Shown here piece after piece: positions 39,516 to 53,150 of a stretch of 64,000 nucleotides of DNA. Where the stretch lies: positions 35,291,278 through 35,355,277 of the forward strand of contig NC_068987.1 of NCBI RefSeq assembly GCF_001194135.2. Direction: 5' to 3'. Every line of letters starts with the position of its first letter. Position 1 is the first letter of the stretch. The translations under genes were made by a program, and so were the position numbers. The DNA comes from Octopus bimaculoides (Eukaryota). The notes beneath the pieces are model-generated. The model was not told the origin of the DNA and did no database searches. It was given only the letters and a program-made list of their open reading frames with translations.

Positions 39516-40115
39516 AAGCCTCCACACTGATATGATTATCCCAATCAGCATAAGTTTATCTGTCCAGACCTACCAAAAACTGAGCAAGTATAAAAATCTG
39601 GAATTAGGAATAGGCAAAATGTGGAACCTCAAGACTAAAATAATACTTGTCATACGTGCCCTTGGAATGATAACTAAAGGGTCTCATTGCTACTTATCCC
39701 AGATACCAGGAAATTCAAAAATGGACGAAATTCAAAAAAATATTGATCACGGAAACCTCTCACGTCCTATGAAAACTACTGTCAATGTAATCTCCAAAAC
39801 TTTTAAACTTGTAAATAGTGTCAAAATACCTTTAACTGTATAAAATAACCAACACCTTCTACTGCCATATTAACATCACAATATCATCTTATAATCAAAT
39901 TAGTTTTAAAACAAACTTTTAATTTTCTAATGTTTTCACAGACATTCTCAACAGCAATACTTTGTCCGAAGCCCAGAATACGCCACCCTAATCATAATAC
40001 CAACTTGAACTTCTAACTTCTCTTTTAAGGTTTCTGGGTGAGAATTGGAGTCAGCTAGTACAAATACAAGGCAAAATCGTAATAGTAATAATGATGATGA
40101 AGATGATGATGATGA
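39515..40115 (+). mobile_element. 3' end of an R4/Dong-like LINE (RLE C-terminus, 3' UTR, AAT/GAT tail)
   Basis: YQKLSKYKNLELGIGKMWNLKTKIILVIRALGMITK (ORF 39496-39843), then 3' UTR and tail from ~40080. Confidence 0.85.
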
Positions 40116-40202
40116 TAATGGGGGCGTTTAACAAATAATAATGGAGACGTTTAACAGAATAATAATGGGGACCTTTAATAATAATAATGGGGACCTTTAA
40201 TA
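40115..40202. repeat. Four imperfect ~22-25 bp tandem units (aataatggRgRcSttta)
   Basis: aatgggggcgtttaac / aatggagacgtttaac / aatggggacctttaat x2, separated by short AAT runs. Confidence 0.85.
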
Positions 40203-40579
40203 TGTGAGAGCGATAAAACACTGCTCCGAAATCTATTCAAAACATCGGAAATAAAGAGAGCTAAAAATAGCTGACAAGGAGTTGGACTGTATCCGAGTAA
40301 GTAACACTCATTGAAATTTATTTCTATTTACGAAAGCAAATGATGTATTTAAATGGATATCATCTCAACTGCATACACAGCACACGTAAATACGCTCGCC
40401 ACATTACGATCCCATCAACACTAGACCATATCTGTCCCCAAACACCATGCACAAAAACATTACAAATAAATTAAATAACACCGGTATTATTCACCCCAAG
40501 AATAACAATTGGAAAGTACGTACTTTAAATGTGTTACATAAAACGTACGAAAAACTACACGTGCAAAACAATTTAACAT

Positions 40580-43500
40580 GAGAAATGATCACCGTCAAAA
40601 TAAAGGGCCGGACGTTGTTCCTTATGCCCCGCAAATAAACTCAAAAAAGCATAAATGTGCACATGAGAAATGTATTTCAATCTTACACGCTTATTTTAGA
40701 GCAGTGCTCTACCCAAAGAACGAAAACAACACAAAATACACATAAAATTTGGAATCAAAATAACCTTAATAACGATTTGGCTACAGCAATGAACCCTAAT
40801 AAACTAGCTAACATACGAAGATATATCCTCACAACAAATATATCAGAAATAGAAATAGAACACTTAAATGGTAAAATATATCAGGAAAATGTAGTTAGTA
40901 GCCACACAGCAATGTCAGATACTATCACAAGTACTGGAACTGTAAAACACGAAGACAGACGTAACTTGTCCAACAAAACCGAAGTAAACAACGAAAGACA
41001 ACGAACCCAGACCGTAGAAATGTATAATGACACCAAACCAGAACACCACAAACAAACGTATGAGCGGGAAGGAAGGCGATGCAAATCTAAAGCCTGGAAA
41101 CAGTGAATGGGGAACCTAATGACTATGATACTCTAAGAATGAGCATAATGAAAAAATTGAAAACCACCACCTCCCAAAAATCAAAATAGACAATAAAACA
41201 ACATCAATAATACATAGCACGAACCTGACCGTCTCAGAACTAATAGTCACAGAAACAACTGTCAATACCACCGAGCTAAATGACATAATATATGCAGCAG
41301 CCACTGTGGCCACAAATGAAGCTGGATGCTCCCTCAAACCCATCCAAACAGGAACACTACCACCGAAACAAACCCTGTGCATAAATAATATTCAGAAAAA
41401 ATAGAAAACAAGAGAAAAGATCTCTCAGTTCTTAACGAAACTAGTAGACAATCAACACTACTAAGCAACAAGAAGGGAACAAAATACTGTGCAAATACAA
41501 CATTACAGAAAAAGGTTTACCTGAGGTAAAAGAACAGCTAAAGCAAGATATCCTCGCCAAAGCACAAAGGATCTGCCCGTATGAGAAACGTCAAAGTTTC
41601 TTTGAACAAAACAAACAGTTCAACTCCAACCCCAAACGATTCTATCAAGAACTTGGTAAAAATTAAATAGACATCAATGCAGCACCAACAGCAAAAGAAG
41701 TGGAAGAATTAAGTAAATAAATATGGTCGGCGAAGGAACAAGCTAAGAAAAGGGCTATCAAAACAACGAACTTAGCACCTTGACAACTGTAGAACCCCTA
41801 TAACAACTGAAGAGGTCACCCAAGCACTGCAAAACTAAGCAACTGGAAGGCACCTGGGTACGATAAGGTCCCCAACGTCTGGTTAAAATATCTGACAAGA
41901 ACACACAAAATGCTGGCTTAAAATTTTAATGACATAATAGCAGAAACAGAGACAAGACTTAGAGCATAAAAAGACAGTATAATGTTGGAGATAACTGGAC
42001 AGAAGGTGAGAAAGAGGACTGGATGAAGTTGAGCGAAAATGGGAGTCAAGTGGAATAGAAGAGCTAAAATATGTTCTTAGAAAGTCTCACGAAAGGAAAA
42101 CACTATGAGTGGAGTGGATGCTAAACTTTAGGCTGAATTGTTTGACAGAAGTACACCAACATTTCGATGCATATCTAACTAACGTCATTGATAACACATG
42201 ACAAACACTTGCCTGGCTGCTTGAACAAACTACATATCTACTACCAAAAACTGAAGGCGCAAAAATATAAAACAGCAACTACTACCGATCAATAACATAA
42301 CTTAAGACCGCCTACAAGATCTTCATATCCATACTAACGGAAAGAATATACGCTTTCCTCAAAATGGTTGTAAAAGAATTAGTTATGGGTGCAAAGATCA
42401 ATTAATCATAAATAAAATGATTGTAGAGGTTTGCCGGAGCAAAACAAGAACCTGAGTATGTTATGGATATACTACGGAAACGTGTTTGATAGTGTCTCAT
42501 ATAACTGGCTACTCAAGGTCATTGAGATATACAAGATCTCTCCTTTCGTTTCCAAATACTTACGAAGTAGCATGGCCAAGTGGAACATACGTCTTTTTCT
42601 ATACCATAGGAATGGGATGAGCCAATCCAAATGCATTATCATCAAACGGGACATCATTCAAAGTGAGTCCCCGTCTCCATTATTCTTTTGCATGTCACTG
42701 AACCAACTATCAAATGCATTGAATAACTCCGGGAATGGGTGCAAAATTTTTAACACCATAGTAAACCATCTGCTTTATATGGACGATCTGAAGTTTTTTG
42801 CTAGGAATGACCAAGAAGTAGTAAGGCTGATAACAATTGTTAAAGTGGTTGGCAATAATATGGGTATGGATTTCTAACTCGATAAGTGTGCTAAATTAAC
42901 TTTTGTAAAAGGAAAGCTCAGACAAACCGCATAAATTAAATTAGATACCAACGCTACGATCAAGGAATGTAACATGCAAGAAACTTATACATAGCTTTTA
43001 AAAAAAACAAGGAGATGGTTTAGCAAATGCTACTATGAAGGAAAAAGTAAGAAAGGAGTACTGTAAGAGAATAAGTCTTTTACTAAAGAATGACCTCAAC
43101 TCGAAGACTCGGATCAACGCCATTAACACCCTGGCACTTCTAGTTGCCCAATACAATTCTGACATTGATAAATGGAATCCTACGGAGCTCCAGCCCTTGG
43201 CAATAATACTGAATTAGATGAAGAACCTAAAACCACTGCTACCAAGTAAGGAAAACGAATAAAGCAAACAGCAAAAAAGAAGGGCCAGAAAGAAATTGAG
43301 GTGCCGCAAGAAATACAGATGCCCCTGCAAGGACAGTTTATTCTTCGAAGTTAAAATGCTGATGTACACGAAGCAACAACTCATCAGTGGCTGAGAAGTT
43401 CAGGACTGAAAGCAGAGGCTAAAGTCTTGATGTTGGCAGCAAAATATCAACGCTTGCTTCCAAGAAACAATGAGGCTAACGTTCTTCAAAATGGTACTGA

Positions 43501-44220
43501 GTCTTCTGCGACACATTTGACGACACAATAGACCATCTCGATCTGGGACACCAAACAAATGCAACACTCGCCATGGTAGTGTAGGACAGTATTTACATTG
43601 GAAAATATGTAAACACAAGGAAATCAGCATTTCTACTAACTTGTATGAACATCACCCTGAGCCAGTTGTCGAAGGGAAAGATATCACTATCGTCTGAAAT
43701 TTTACAGTGAAGAGTGACAGAACGATCCCGGTTAATCTGCCAGACATAATCATTAAAGACACAGAAGAAAATACTTGCAGACGAATGGATATAGGTGTTC
43801 CTACTGATAAAATATATATCTGTAGATATATTTGACAAACTTAATAAATAAAAGGAATTGGAAATTGAAATACAAAGATGTGGCATCTTAAGCAAAAAAC
43901 AGTTCCTGTTATTGTGTCCTAGGTATGATAGGAAAAGGGATGTCACAATCATCTAGACAATATACCATGCGAAACATGTCACAGAGGAGTCCAAAAAATT
44001 GTGCTGACAAGTACTGTTCACATACTTAGAAAAATCATATGAATTAAATTCATGTACTGTATTACGTAGAGATATTTCCTTACTACCCCTGCAAATTCCC
44101 CACACCAAGCTTTCGGTTATTGCGTAACATCTCATCCTTCTCTTACTCTAGGGCGCTACGTGTGTCTCAGCAAGTGATTGCAATAAACATTCATATTAAA
44201 AGTAAGCAATAATAATAGCT
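40580..44220 (+). mobile_element. Near full-length decayed, probably chimeric R4/Dong-like LINE
   Basis: N-terminal NKLANIRRYIL (ORF 40657-41106), NWKAPGYDKVPNVWLK (41841-41890), RT VFDSVSYNWL...SPLFF...HLLYMDDLKFF (42431-42877), thumb (43035-43217), knuckle FCDTFDDTIDH (~43505), RLE LPDIIIKD (~43740), aataataat tail ~44209. Confidence 0.9.
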
Positions 44221-46029
44221 ATAGAAATAAGAACGTGTTTTGCATGGCATTTTGCATGGCATTCTGCAACTGTTTTCTCGCAGTTACGCACACAATGAGG
44301 AGTGCAGTCATTGGATGTGACGTTGAAATGTGAAGAAACATATATTGGCATTTCCGTCACGAAGTAATTTCTAGTGTTGTGACCGGTATTTTTAACGAAA
44401 TCCATAATAACATTCTTCAAAATACGGGCTTCATCAATATTTCTTATAAAAAGGTTACTAATAGTACGAACAGTGTTCTTGATGTTACTTCTGGAAAATT
44501 CATTTATACATTCTGCAATAAATGTTTGCATATATCTAACCATAAATATAAAACTCCGAAAGAAGAGCGAAAAAAATGTTCAAACCGAAAAACCTGAAAA
44601 TGGTAACAGTTAAATATATGAATAAGTGACAGATTTAATGATATGTCGGCATTAACAATGTAATGTTGAAACATTCGAATTACACATTTTTTTCTTTTAC
44701 AGGAAGTCAGATAAAAAAAAAATAAATATATGCATGACGAGCAAAATATAAGTTGTTGAAGACCATTGTTATAAATACTATATATGATTCTGGGAAACTT
44801 ATAGCAAGACATTTATTGCTTGATGATAAAAATGGATTTTCAAAAGTCATAAAACTTAGTATTATATAAATGGCAACTTCTAAAAATGTGCAGTATTATT
44901 GTAAAACTATTTCGAGGCAATATAGAGTTGCACATATGAAAATTGTGAGAGAAACTTTTAGTGATTCTTTACATTGAAAGTTGGAATATGATTCTTTGTC
45001 GAACTCGATATAGAAAACTTCATGTGACAAATGCTATTTAATATATTTTGACACTAAACACTCTAAACAAGAAAACTGTTAAAAGCTGGAGCACTTCATG
45101 AAGCCAAAAACAAAATACTACTTTACCTTATAGAGATTTTGCTCAGATACTTAAAAAAATATATATCATAAAGTAACGAATGTAACTATAGACTATTTAT
45201 ATATTCAAAGCAGAATTATCATTCAAATATACAGCAAAAATCGAGTTTGACATTTAGTCTAAATTTCACTAAAACACTTCTTTTCTTCTTATTGTTGGTT
45301 GTTTGCTACTCTTTGTTTTAGCATTCTTAAAAGTCTAAATTATATAGTCATAAAATGTCTCTCTCGTTCATTTCTATCGTTCTGATGGAAGGAAATTAAC
45401 CAGGACGTGAATATGCATATATATGCATAAATGACACACGCTCTCTGAATAGTAAAACAATAATATAAATAAATTGACAATAAATGATATCTCGTGAATT
45501 CGAGGAAGGATGCAAGCATAACTTAAATAATAATTTAAAACATTTGAAAGAGTAAGTGGTATGATGTGGCAACTTAATGCTAATTACCAAGATATATGTG
45601 CAACAAGCCAGTTATCAGAAAGAGAGCAAGCAATGAATGGCAAAATAATAATCATTGACAACATTTTACAGACGCTACATAGTAGGAAACGCTACAAAAT
45701 AGGAAATGCGGGATTGTTACTGATGATATGTAGTATTGGAACGTAAAATGTCAAAAAATGCATATTAATGGTTAATTAATATTAACTATTGCAAAAACTA
45801 TTGCAATATTAACTATTGCACAAACGATTATATACATGCATAAACACGGATGTATACACATTTACACCCAAACATACACAGAGACACGCGCTTATATATA
45901 TATAAGCACGTGACGAAAATCTATAATCGTATCCTCCAAACGTTAAAAGATCTCTCTTTTTACCAAGCGTCGTGTGCACGTCCTCTTACTCTTCGTTATT
46001 ATGTATATATATATTTTTCTTTGTTATTT

Positions 46030-46064
<35 letters not shown>

Positions 46065-46179
46065 NNNNNNNNNNNNNNNNNNNNNNNNNNNNNNNNNNNN
46101 NNNNNNNNNNNNNNNNNNNNNNNNNNNNNNNNNNNNNNNNNNNNNNNNNNNNNNNNNNNNTATGTATATATATATTTGT

Positions 46180-46360
46180 ACCTGTATTTCAAAGGACCAG
46201 CCTTGTCACACTGTGTCACGCTGAATATCCCCGAGAACTACGTTAGGGGTACACGTGTCTGTGGAATGCTCAGCCACTTGCACGTTAATTTCACGAGCAG
46301 GCTGTTCCGTTGATCGGATCAACTGGAACCCTCGATGTCGTAAGCGACGGAGTGTCAACA
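46180..46360 (+). mobile_element. 3' half of a further SINE-like repeat (family D)
   Basis: acctgtatttcaaagg...cacttgcacgttaatttcacgagcaggctgttccgttgatcggatcaactggaaccctcg is recalled as an abundant octopus SINE segment. Single copy here, so not verifiable within the window. Confidence 0.55.
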
Positions 46361-46920
46361 ATATATGTATATATATGTACACACACCTGCATGCACACAC
46401 ACATACATACACCCATATAGACCCACACACAATCACACACACGTACGCACAGGCATATATATGTAATACAAATGAGAGGCGTAAGTTAATGCTTTGTGTA
46501 AATAAATAAGCAGCGTGGCCATATATATCGTACGTCAAAATATATATATATTCACCACATGTTCAGATCCATAATTATTAAATAATCACTGCATCTTTGA
46601 GTGGCTGTGTTCCATCTACGGTTGAAAGCATGTATCCCTGCTTCGTAATATTCAACTTCCTTGTGACGTAGCCAATCACAGCAGTTTACACCTTTTCAAT
46701 ACTAACGTAGCGTTTCAGTATTGGTACCTCTTTCATTCGACCAAATAGATGGAAGACTCAGCAAGCCAGCTCAGATCAGTAGGAGGTGACTAAGTTGTCT
46801 ATTTTGGTTATACTCAACGGTTTTGTTTGTTATTGTCAACTCTTCTGACTTCTTTCACTACTGCTCTTAGCAAGTTGCCTTGCTGAGTTCGCCTACGCAG
46901 TTTTCTGAACTATCGGACAG

Positions 46921-47099
46921 AGTTCTATATTAAAGAGATGAGTAATTATGTACATTATTTACATTAATTACATTAGACGGATATTTGTCCTCATCTTGTT
47001 TGTTGTTAACATTTCGGCTGATATAACCTCCAAACCTCATCAGGTGTCTTCGGGAAATTTTGAACCTGGGTTCTCATTGCTATGGTATTTTCGATGTTG

Positions 47100-47152
<53 letters not shown>

Positions 47153-47450
47153 GTTATTATCATTATTGAGGTCATTACCTGGAATCAAACTTGGGGTTAG
47201 TTGCCCGTAGGTATATGGCGTAGCGGTTAAGAGAGCGGGCTACTAACCCTAATATTCCAAGTTCGATTCTAGACAGTCACCTGAATAATAATAATAAACA
47301 TCGAAAAATACCTTAGGAATTAGAACCCAGGTTCGATATTTCCCCAACACCCCTAATGAAAGCTGGAGGGTATATCAGCTGAAACGTTGTGTTAACAACA
47401 AACAAGATGAGGACAAATATCTGTCAAATGTAAATAATATTAATAATCTC
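46921..47450. mobile_element. Palindromic head-to-head dimer of a tRNA-headed, hammerhead-tailed element, locus 1
   Basis: Left arm (46921-~47207) is the reverse complement of the right arm (~47211-47450). Right arm has A box TGGCGTAGCGG (47216-47226), B box GTTCGATTC (47261-47269), (AAT)4 and a hammerhead-like motif. Confidence 0.9.
47346..47393 (+). ncRNA. Degenerate minimal hammerhead ribozyme motif
   Basis: Core CTAATGA (G5 to A), stem II agctg/cagct, GAAAC-GTT, then gtgtt. Stem I register disturbed by extra C residues. Confidence 0.5.
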
Positions 47451-47693
47451 TCGGACACAGACTTGGTGGTTTCAGGAGGTCTCGTGTAACAACTAGCGTC
47501 AGAAGTGGGATATATTTACTGTTGCAATTAGCCAATTATTTGCTATGGAGTAGGAAGGAGTGCGCACGAAGAAGCAAGCGGCGACGGAAGACGTGCTTCT
47601 GGCTATAGCCTTGAAGGTCTTACAAGACCGAAAATGATAAACTGACTGAGGATGAGTAGAAAGCGCAAAACATGTCATCAGCGACATTTGACA

Positions 47694-47755
47694 CAGTCGG
47701 ATGGAATGGTGGAGCAGTTCAATTCGACAATAAGACAAGAACTAGCCAAGATCAT
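47694..47755 (+). mobile_element. Gypsy/Ty3 integrase core scrap
   Basis: QSDGMVEQFNSTIRQELAKI matches the integrase HPQSDGMVERFNRTL motif around the catalytic E. No LTRs seen. Confidence 0.6.
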
Positions 47756-47974
47756 ACTGCCAACGCTTTAAGCAGTCACGCGAATACAAAGAACTATTTT
47801 CTCCGTTTTCGTTTGCAAAACCAGGGAGCGGTGTTCTAATTTTCGTCGTACGAACGAGAAAGTATCTGAATATAATTGTTTTCGCTAGTAACAGTATATG
47901 TATACACACACACACGCGCGCACACATTCGTGTATATATATAAAATTATATATGCATCTTATTTGCTTAAGTCA

Positions 47975-48125
47975 TGAGATTGTGACCATGCTGGGGCACT
48001 GATTGAAGGAATTTCATAGTCGAATGTATTGACCCCATTAATCGTCAGTTTTGCCGAACCGCTACGTTATGGGGACGTAAACACGCCAGCACCGATTGTC
48101 CAGTGGTGATTGGGTGACACACACA
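47975..48125 (-). mobile_element. SINE family C, internally deleted 3' fragment
   Basis: gaccatgctggggcac...ttttgccgaaccgctacgttatggggacgtaaacac aligns with 59870-60040. Confidence 0.7.
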
Positions 48126-48183
48126 TATGTATTGATATGTCTGTCTATCTCTCCTTTTCTCTGTCTGTCTATCTCTCCTTTTC

Positions 48184-48230
<47 letters not shown>

Positions 48231-48814
48231 GCATCAATGTACTCGTCCGATATTAACCAATCAGTTTTGCTCTCTACACTGCCCTGAAATCTTATTAAGT
48301 AATACATACATTGCTGGTATGCTTGATATGGTATTAGAGTAACGACAGTGATATTTATCGTTACGGCATGCTTTAGATATCTTCTTAGCAGTTTTTTATT
48401 GCTCAAAGATAAGAGACGTCATTATTTAGGATTAAAACAAACGTCGTGGAGCTAATCGGCTTAATGAACATAAAATAAAACAAAACTGGAAAAGAAAACA
48501 TTATGCGACGTGAACTAATTTATTAAGATCGTGAAGACAGATTACTGATGAGCGATGTGGAAATGAAATAAAAATAAATGAGAATTATTATAAAGAGAAG
48601 CATTCAAAAATGTGTTAAGTATAGTACAGAAGAATTAGAAAAGCAAAATTGTAAAATTAACTGTTTATTTTTTTTTTCCATGTCCTCTACTTTTGACGTT
48701 GTCGTTTTGTTCTCGCACCCGTTGTTGTCTTTCTTATATTACTACGACTACTTCTGCTGCTGCTGCTACTGTCGCCACCATCATTACTACTACTACTACT
48801 ACTACTACTACTAT

Positions 48815-48849
<35 letters not shown>

Positions 48850-51800
48850 TACTGCCAACTTAACTTCATTGGATTAATTTTTAAAATAAATTGAAATTTT
48901 ACTCTTCATTGTATTTCCGATAGCATGTGTATTATTATTGCTTAACACTCTCTAATGGCCTTTCAAAAAGACCCACTTGGACTTCCTGATAGAGGTATTA
49001 GAAATATAACAAGATTATAACACATGACGTGTTTGATTTTTCTTCATGCATTCAAACTTGTTCTGGTAGTTTTTCCATACTGATAATGAAGTGAGGTAAG
49101 CTGTGAACTTTATTTGTTTGTGCTATAAGGCGTATGATACTCGTATATGCTGTAGAAATTAGTCAGACCGGTATACTACTACTATTACTACTATTACTAG
49201 CAACAGCTACATGGGCACCCTATATATTCTATATTTTAATCTTGACTAATTGTGTAGGTTAGACAGATGCATAAATGTTATGTACATTGAAAAAGAAATT
49301 GGTAGAGCACCTATGATTCAGGTTGATGCCGAGTTCCGCCTATCTCTAGCATCATTTTAAGACCATGGTAAAGTATATACACTGATTGTGATGCGTAGGC
49401 TGATCAGTCGCCAAGCCAAGTGTTGTTAAAGGAATATTCTGAAACGCACCACCTGCATTTAGAGACTTTTGAATTCTTCCTCGTTGACATTATTGATTTG
49501 GGGAGTTTTCTTTCTCTTTGTGAGATGTCAATATTATTTTCAATATTCTGCCTCATCTTTTTCTTTTTCGTCTCCTCCTACCTACTGTCATTCTATTTTT
49601 TTTTAATTTTCATTTATTCAAATGTAATTCAAATGTAATTGTAAATTACCGAATTCATTTTTTTTTTCTTTTTCATAGTCGTCATTACATTTGTTCATGT
49701 TACATGTCTTGATATTCGGTTACCCCCACTCAGCGAACATATATGTATACTCACCTCAACAACTCGCTATTGATCATTCTTCATTCGTCGTCACTTTCGC
49801 GATCCTGACAATTCGTGCTTCATACACACCGCCTATATTATCACTATCACCATTTCCACCATCATCAATAGTTTCATTACCTTCATATTTAGTACTTATT
49901 AATTTTATCTTAATTAGTCTTCAACGTTTTCATTACCATTGCAATCTCCAGCACTATCTACTATATAATCTACATCAGGATTAAGTTTGACTTTCGACTA
50001 ACGCTTCTATGACCATTTTGATTTTACCACTTCCTATTACATACAAGCATCCATCTGCCTTTATTTTTACATTCACTGTACACATCCAACATTATCATTT
50101 AATCATAATTCAATTACCATATACTATCGCTATTCGGTATTTACGACTGCCCTTTACTATATGTCATCTCCATCCACAAATCTATTTCTCTTCACAATCC
50201 GCCTATCTATCCAAACCTACCATTCACACATAGCGTTTCGCTTTACAACGCATAACAAATCGCTTATGTTTTCATACGTCTTCCTTATCCCAATCTCTGC
50301 TGCCTTTACAGACCCATCATGTCTACATATACTAAAAGCTGAAAAAAATAATAAAAAGGTAAAAGAAAAACAAGAATTGCCTCAAACCTGATACTTGCTT
50401 TACATAACTAAGTAATTCAGTATGTAAAACTAATATATTCCTTGCCGCATAATAGTTTGTGGTGCACATGAGAAATGTATGCTTGGTTGCACAACGTGAT
50501 ATGTATTTCAATGACACTCTTGTGTAACATCACCGTATTTCTTCACATCCCTACTCAACACTCCCTTTTATTCCTTATCGCTTCTTCATCGATTTCGTAT
50601 ATAAACATATTACATATATCACATTTGTTTTCAAGTAGTTTCCTGATATTTCTGTAAACGATATTTTTTCTTCATCGTCAGTGGTTTTCAGGATAATACA
50701 CATAAATTTATTCCTACTACTACTTATCATTCTCTTATTTCCTTTTTTCCTTTGCCTCTCCTACTAGTCACCATCACTATCAACTCAGTCAGGACCATGG
50801 ATATAAAAAAGTATATCATCAATAGGATCATGATCATCGCGATGAGATGTTGCTATTACGGTGATAAATATGACTTTCATTTTGTAACTATTGTTATCAC
50901 CAGCATCATCGGCAGCAGCAACTACGCTGTCGTTGTCTCCATGGTCTCAATTATGTGTGCAATAATTATTCCTTAAAAACTTCCTCACTACATTCATTGA
51001 CACTTCTTATAAACAAATCCCCTAAATATGGCATTCTCATAAACACGGTAGTTATTCATAAGCTCATAAGAAAGGACGAATGAATATGTGTGAGAATTGA
51101 TTATTCAAAATGAGTAGAGATTAAAGAGTTTCATGGAATGATAATTCCTATCGCACGTAAATTATTGTATATCAAGAGACGTGGTGAAGCAATGCCATTA
51201 ATATTCGCAGTCATAATCAAAATGTTATGATTGTTGTTAGATCTAAGTGAAACTTAATCGTACAAAACTACGTTCAAAGGTGTTTCATTTGGCAGCATCC
51301 TGCCTCTTGATAAATATTTAGACGTATTTAATAAATCTGTAACGTTATACCACACAAAATATTTGTGTCCTTAACTTTGCCAACTAAGATGAACTTCAAA
51401 TTCCTTTCTCAGTTATTTACATGCTTCACAATGCATACACCTACACAGAAACGTACGCTGAGAACACAATCTTACATGCACACGCAACATAAAGCGTGCT
51501 TAGAAGTATACATTAGTCTCTCAACAATTCTAGTTCTTTGTTAAAAAATTACATATTTTGAGAAGCATTATCACATCCAACACTTGTATCAGTGATTGTT
51601 CGGCAAGTTAATATCTATTTTTTTATTAATCATAGGGCCAAACATTGAGCTCCTTCAGGAACATAAGTACATTCAAAGTTTTGTCTTGATAACAGGTCAT
51701 TCGCAAAACAATGCACACTTTTATTGTTATGAATTTAAAAGTTGTGTTAATCGGTCTGTTTATGCAATGTTTTGTAACTTAACGTAAACAACACAAAAGA

Positions 51801-52049
51801 ACACAGCAAATAAACAATGACAACCCCATTAATAGTAACAACAGTGCTTTTTTTGTTGCCACAAGTGTATCGGATGAAGGACTTATTACAAATACAGGTT
51901 ACAAATTATGTAGGGGATTATATAAACCTGTTTCGTGGTGAAAAATTCTAAATATACATGACAATTATACGGATGGTACAATTTTTCTATATAAATGGGC
52001 TTCAAGATAAGGCCATAAATCCAAGAGCACAGTATTACTGGGGGTACGT

Positions 52050-53150
52050 GCGCTCTTCCGCTGTTTTTATTCGATCTTCACATGCATATATATACAGTTT
52101 GATCCATTCTAACCATTCTACTCCGGGCACCAACCTTTTTAACAAATTCACCGAAGGTACCATCACCTTCCTTTCTATGTGAAACTTGAAAAAGTCTGTG
52201 AGAATCTGAAGAGAAAACTCTTTGGGTCTCCAATTTTTCTGCCTTCTCCAGGACACAACCTTTCATATGAGCGGCGGTATAATCAACAGAATGGCCGCAG
52301 CAGAGAGTCGTGTTCATTGTACTTGCAACAGGTGGAAAATGGAGGATGTCTTGGTAGATCCATTGAGAAATCACATGCTTGAGCTTCCCCGAACAAAAAA
52401 AGACCTACAGGAAACCTCAAACAATTTTCTGACGCATTAGTCAGCATTGTAAACTGCAATTGGAAAATGTGAGTGCCGAAAAGTATGTATGAGATTACAT
52501 TTGTTTATGCCCTTTCTCTATGTTGCTACGAATCTCCGACTGAGAGAACGAATTCCGGTGCTCTGCTACATTTTTCAGTGGATATTAGCCTAGAATTTGC
52601 CAACCAAAACCGACTTATAAACAAAACATCACATTCGTTTCAATTACGAAGCAAAGTGAAATTTCTCTTTTATTAATTACGTATTTCAGTTATTTATTCT
52701 GTAGTTCAGTTGCTTTCATTTGCGTCTCCCAGCATCTCGTGTCATAGATTGGAATCTGCAAGAAGCCGTCGGGATTGCACGAATTTATATTTGTGACTTT
52801 CCCTAATCAGAGCTCAATCAGAATATTCACGAGAATCTCAACTGAGAAACAGCAAACCACATTAGAACGAGTAACGGGTGCGAGACGTAGTTCACCAGAG
52901 ACCGAAATGCAGCACATTGTTCTTCTTTTATCCTCTTGATATAGCTTGGAACCCTAGCTTTCACAATACAGTCCTTGTGTGACATTTTAAAGAAATCATC
53001 GAGGACCATTGCGACAGCTAGCATCTCGTTTGCGTAGCCTCTCTATCGACGCTTGTCCTCATCTATTTCCCCATGAATAGATCGATAATAGTTTCTGTAG
53101 CTTTTGCTCACCAGGAAACCGTTCAGCTTTCAGTATCCGTCACTGCCTAT
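52050..53150 (-). mobile_element. Possible decayed, deleted ORF2 pieces of an L1/Tx1-like LINE
   Basis: GY*KLN (53121-53138) resembles the W-K-x-N motif after the L1/Tx1 endonuclease; a helical linker follows (52827-53024); C-terminal LTDFFKFHIERKV (52164-52200). RT not present. Confidence 0.45.

Noticed and set aside
44196-44543. 115 aa minus ORF
   Set aside because: No recognisable motif; overlaps the LINE tail and contains a 12 bp duplication.
47211-47283. Functional tRNA gene
   Set aside because: Acceptor and anticodon stems are poorly paired, no T-run terminator, and it is embedded in a repeated element.
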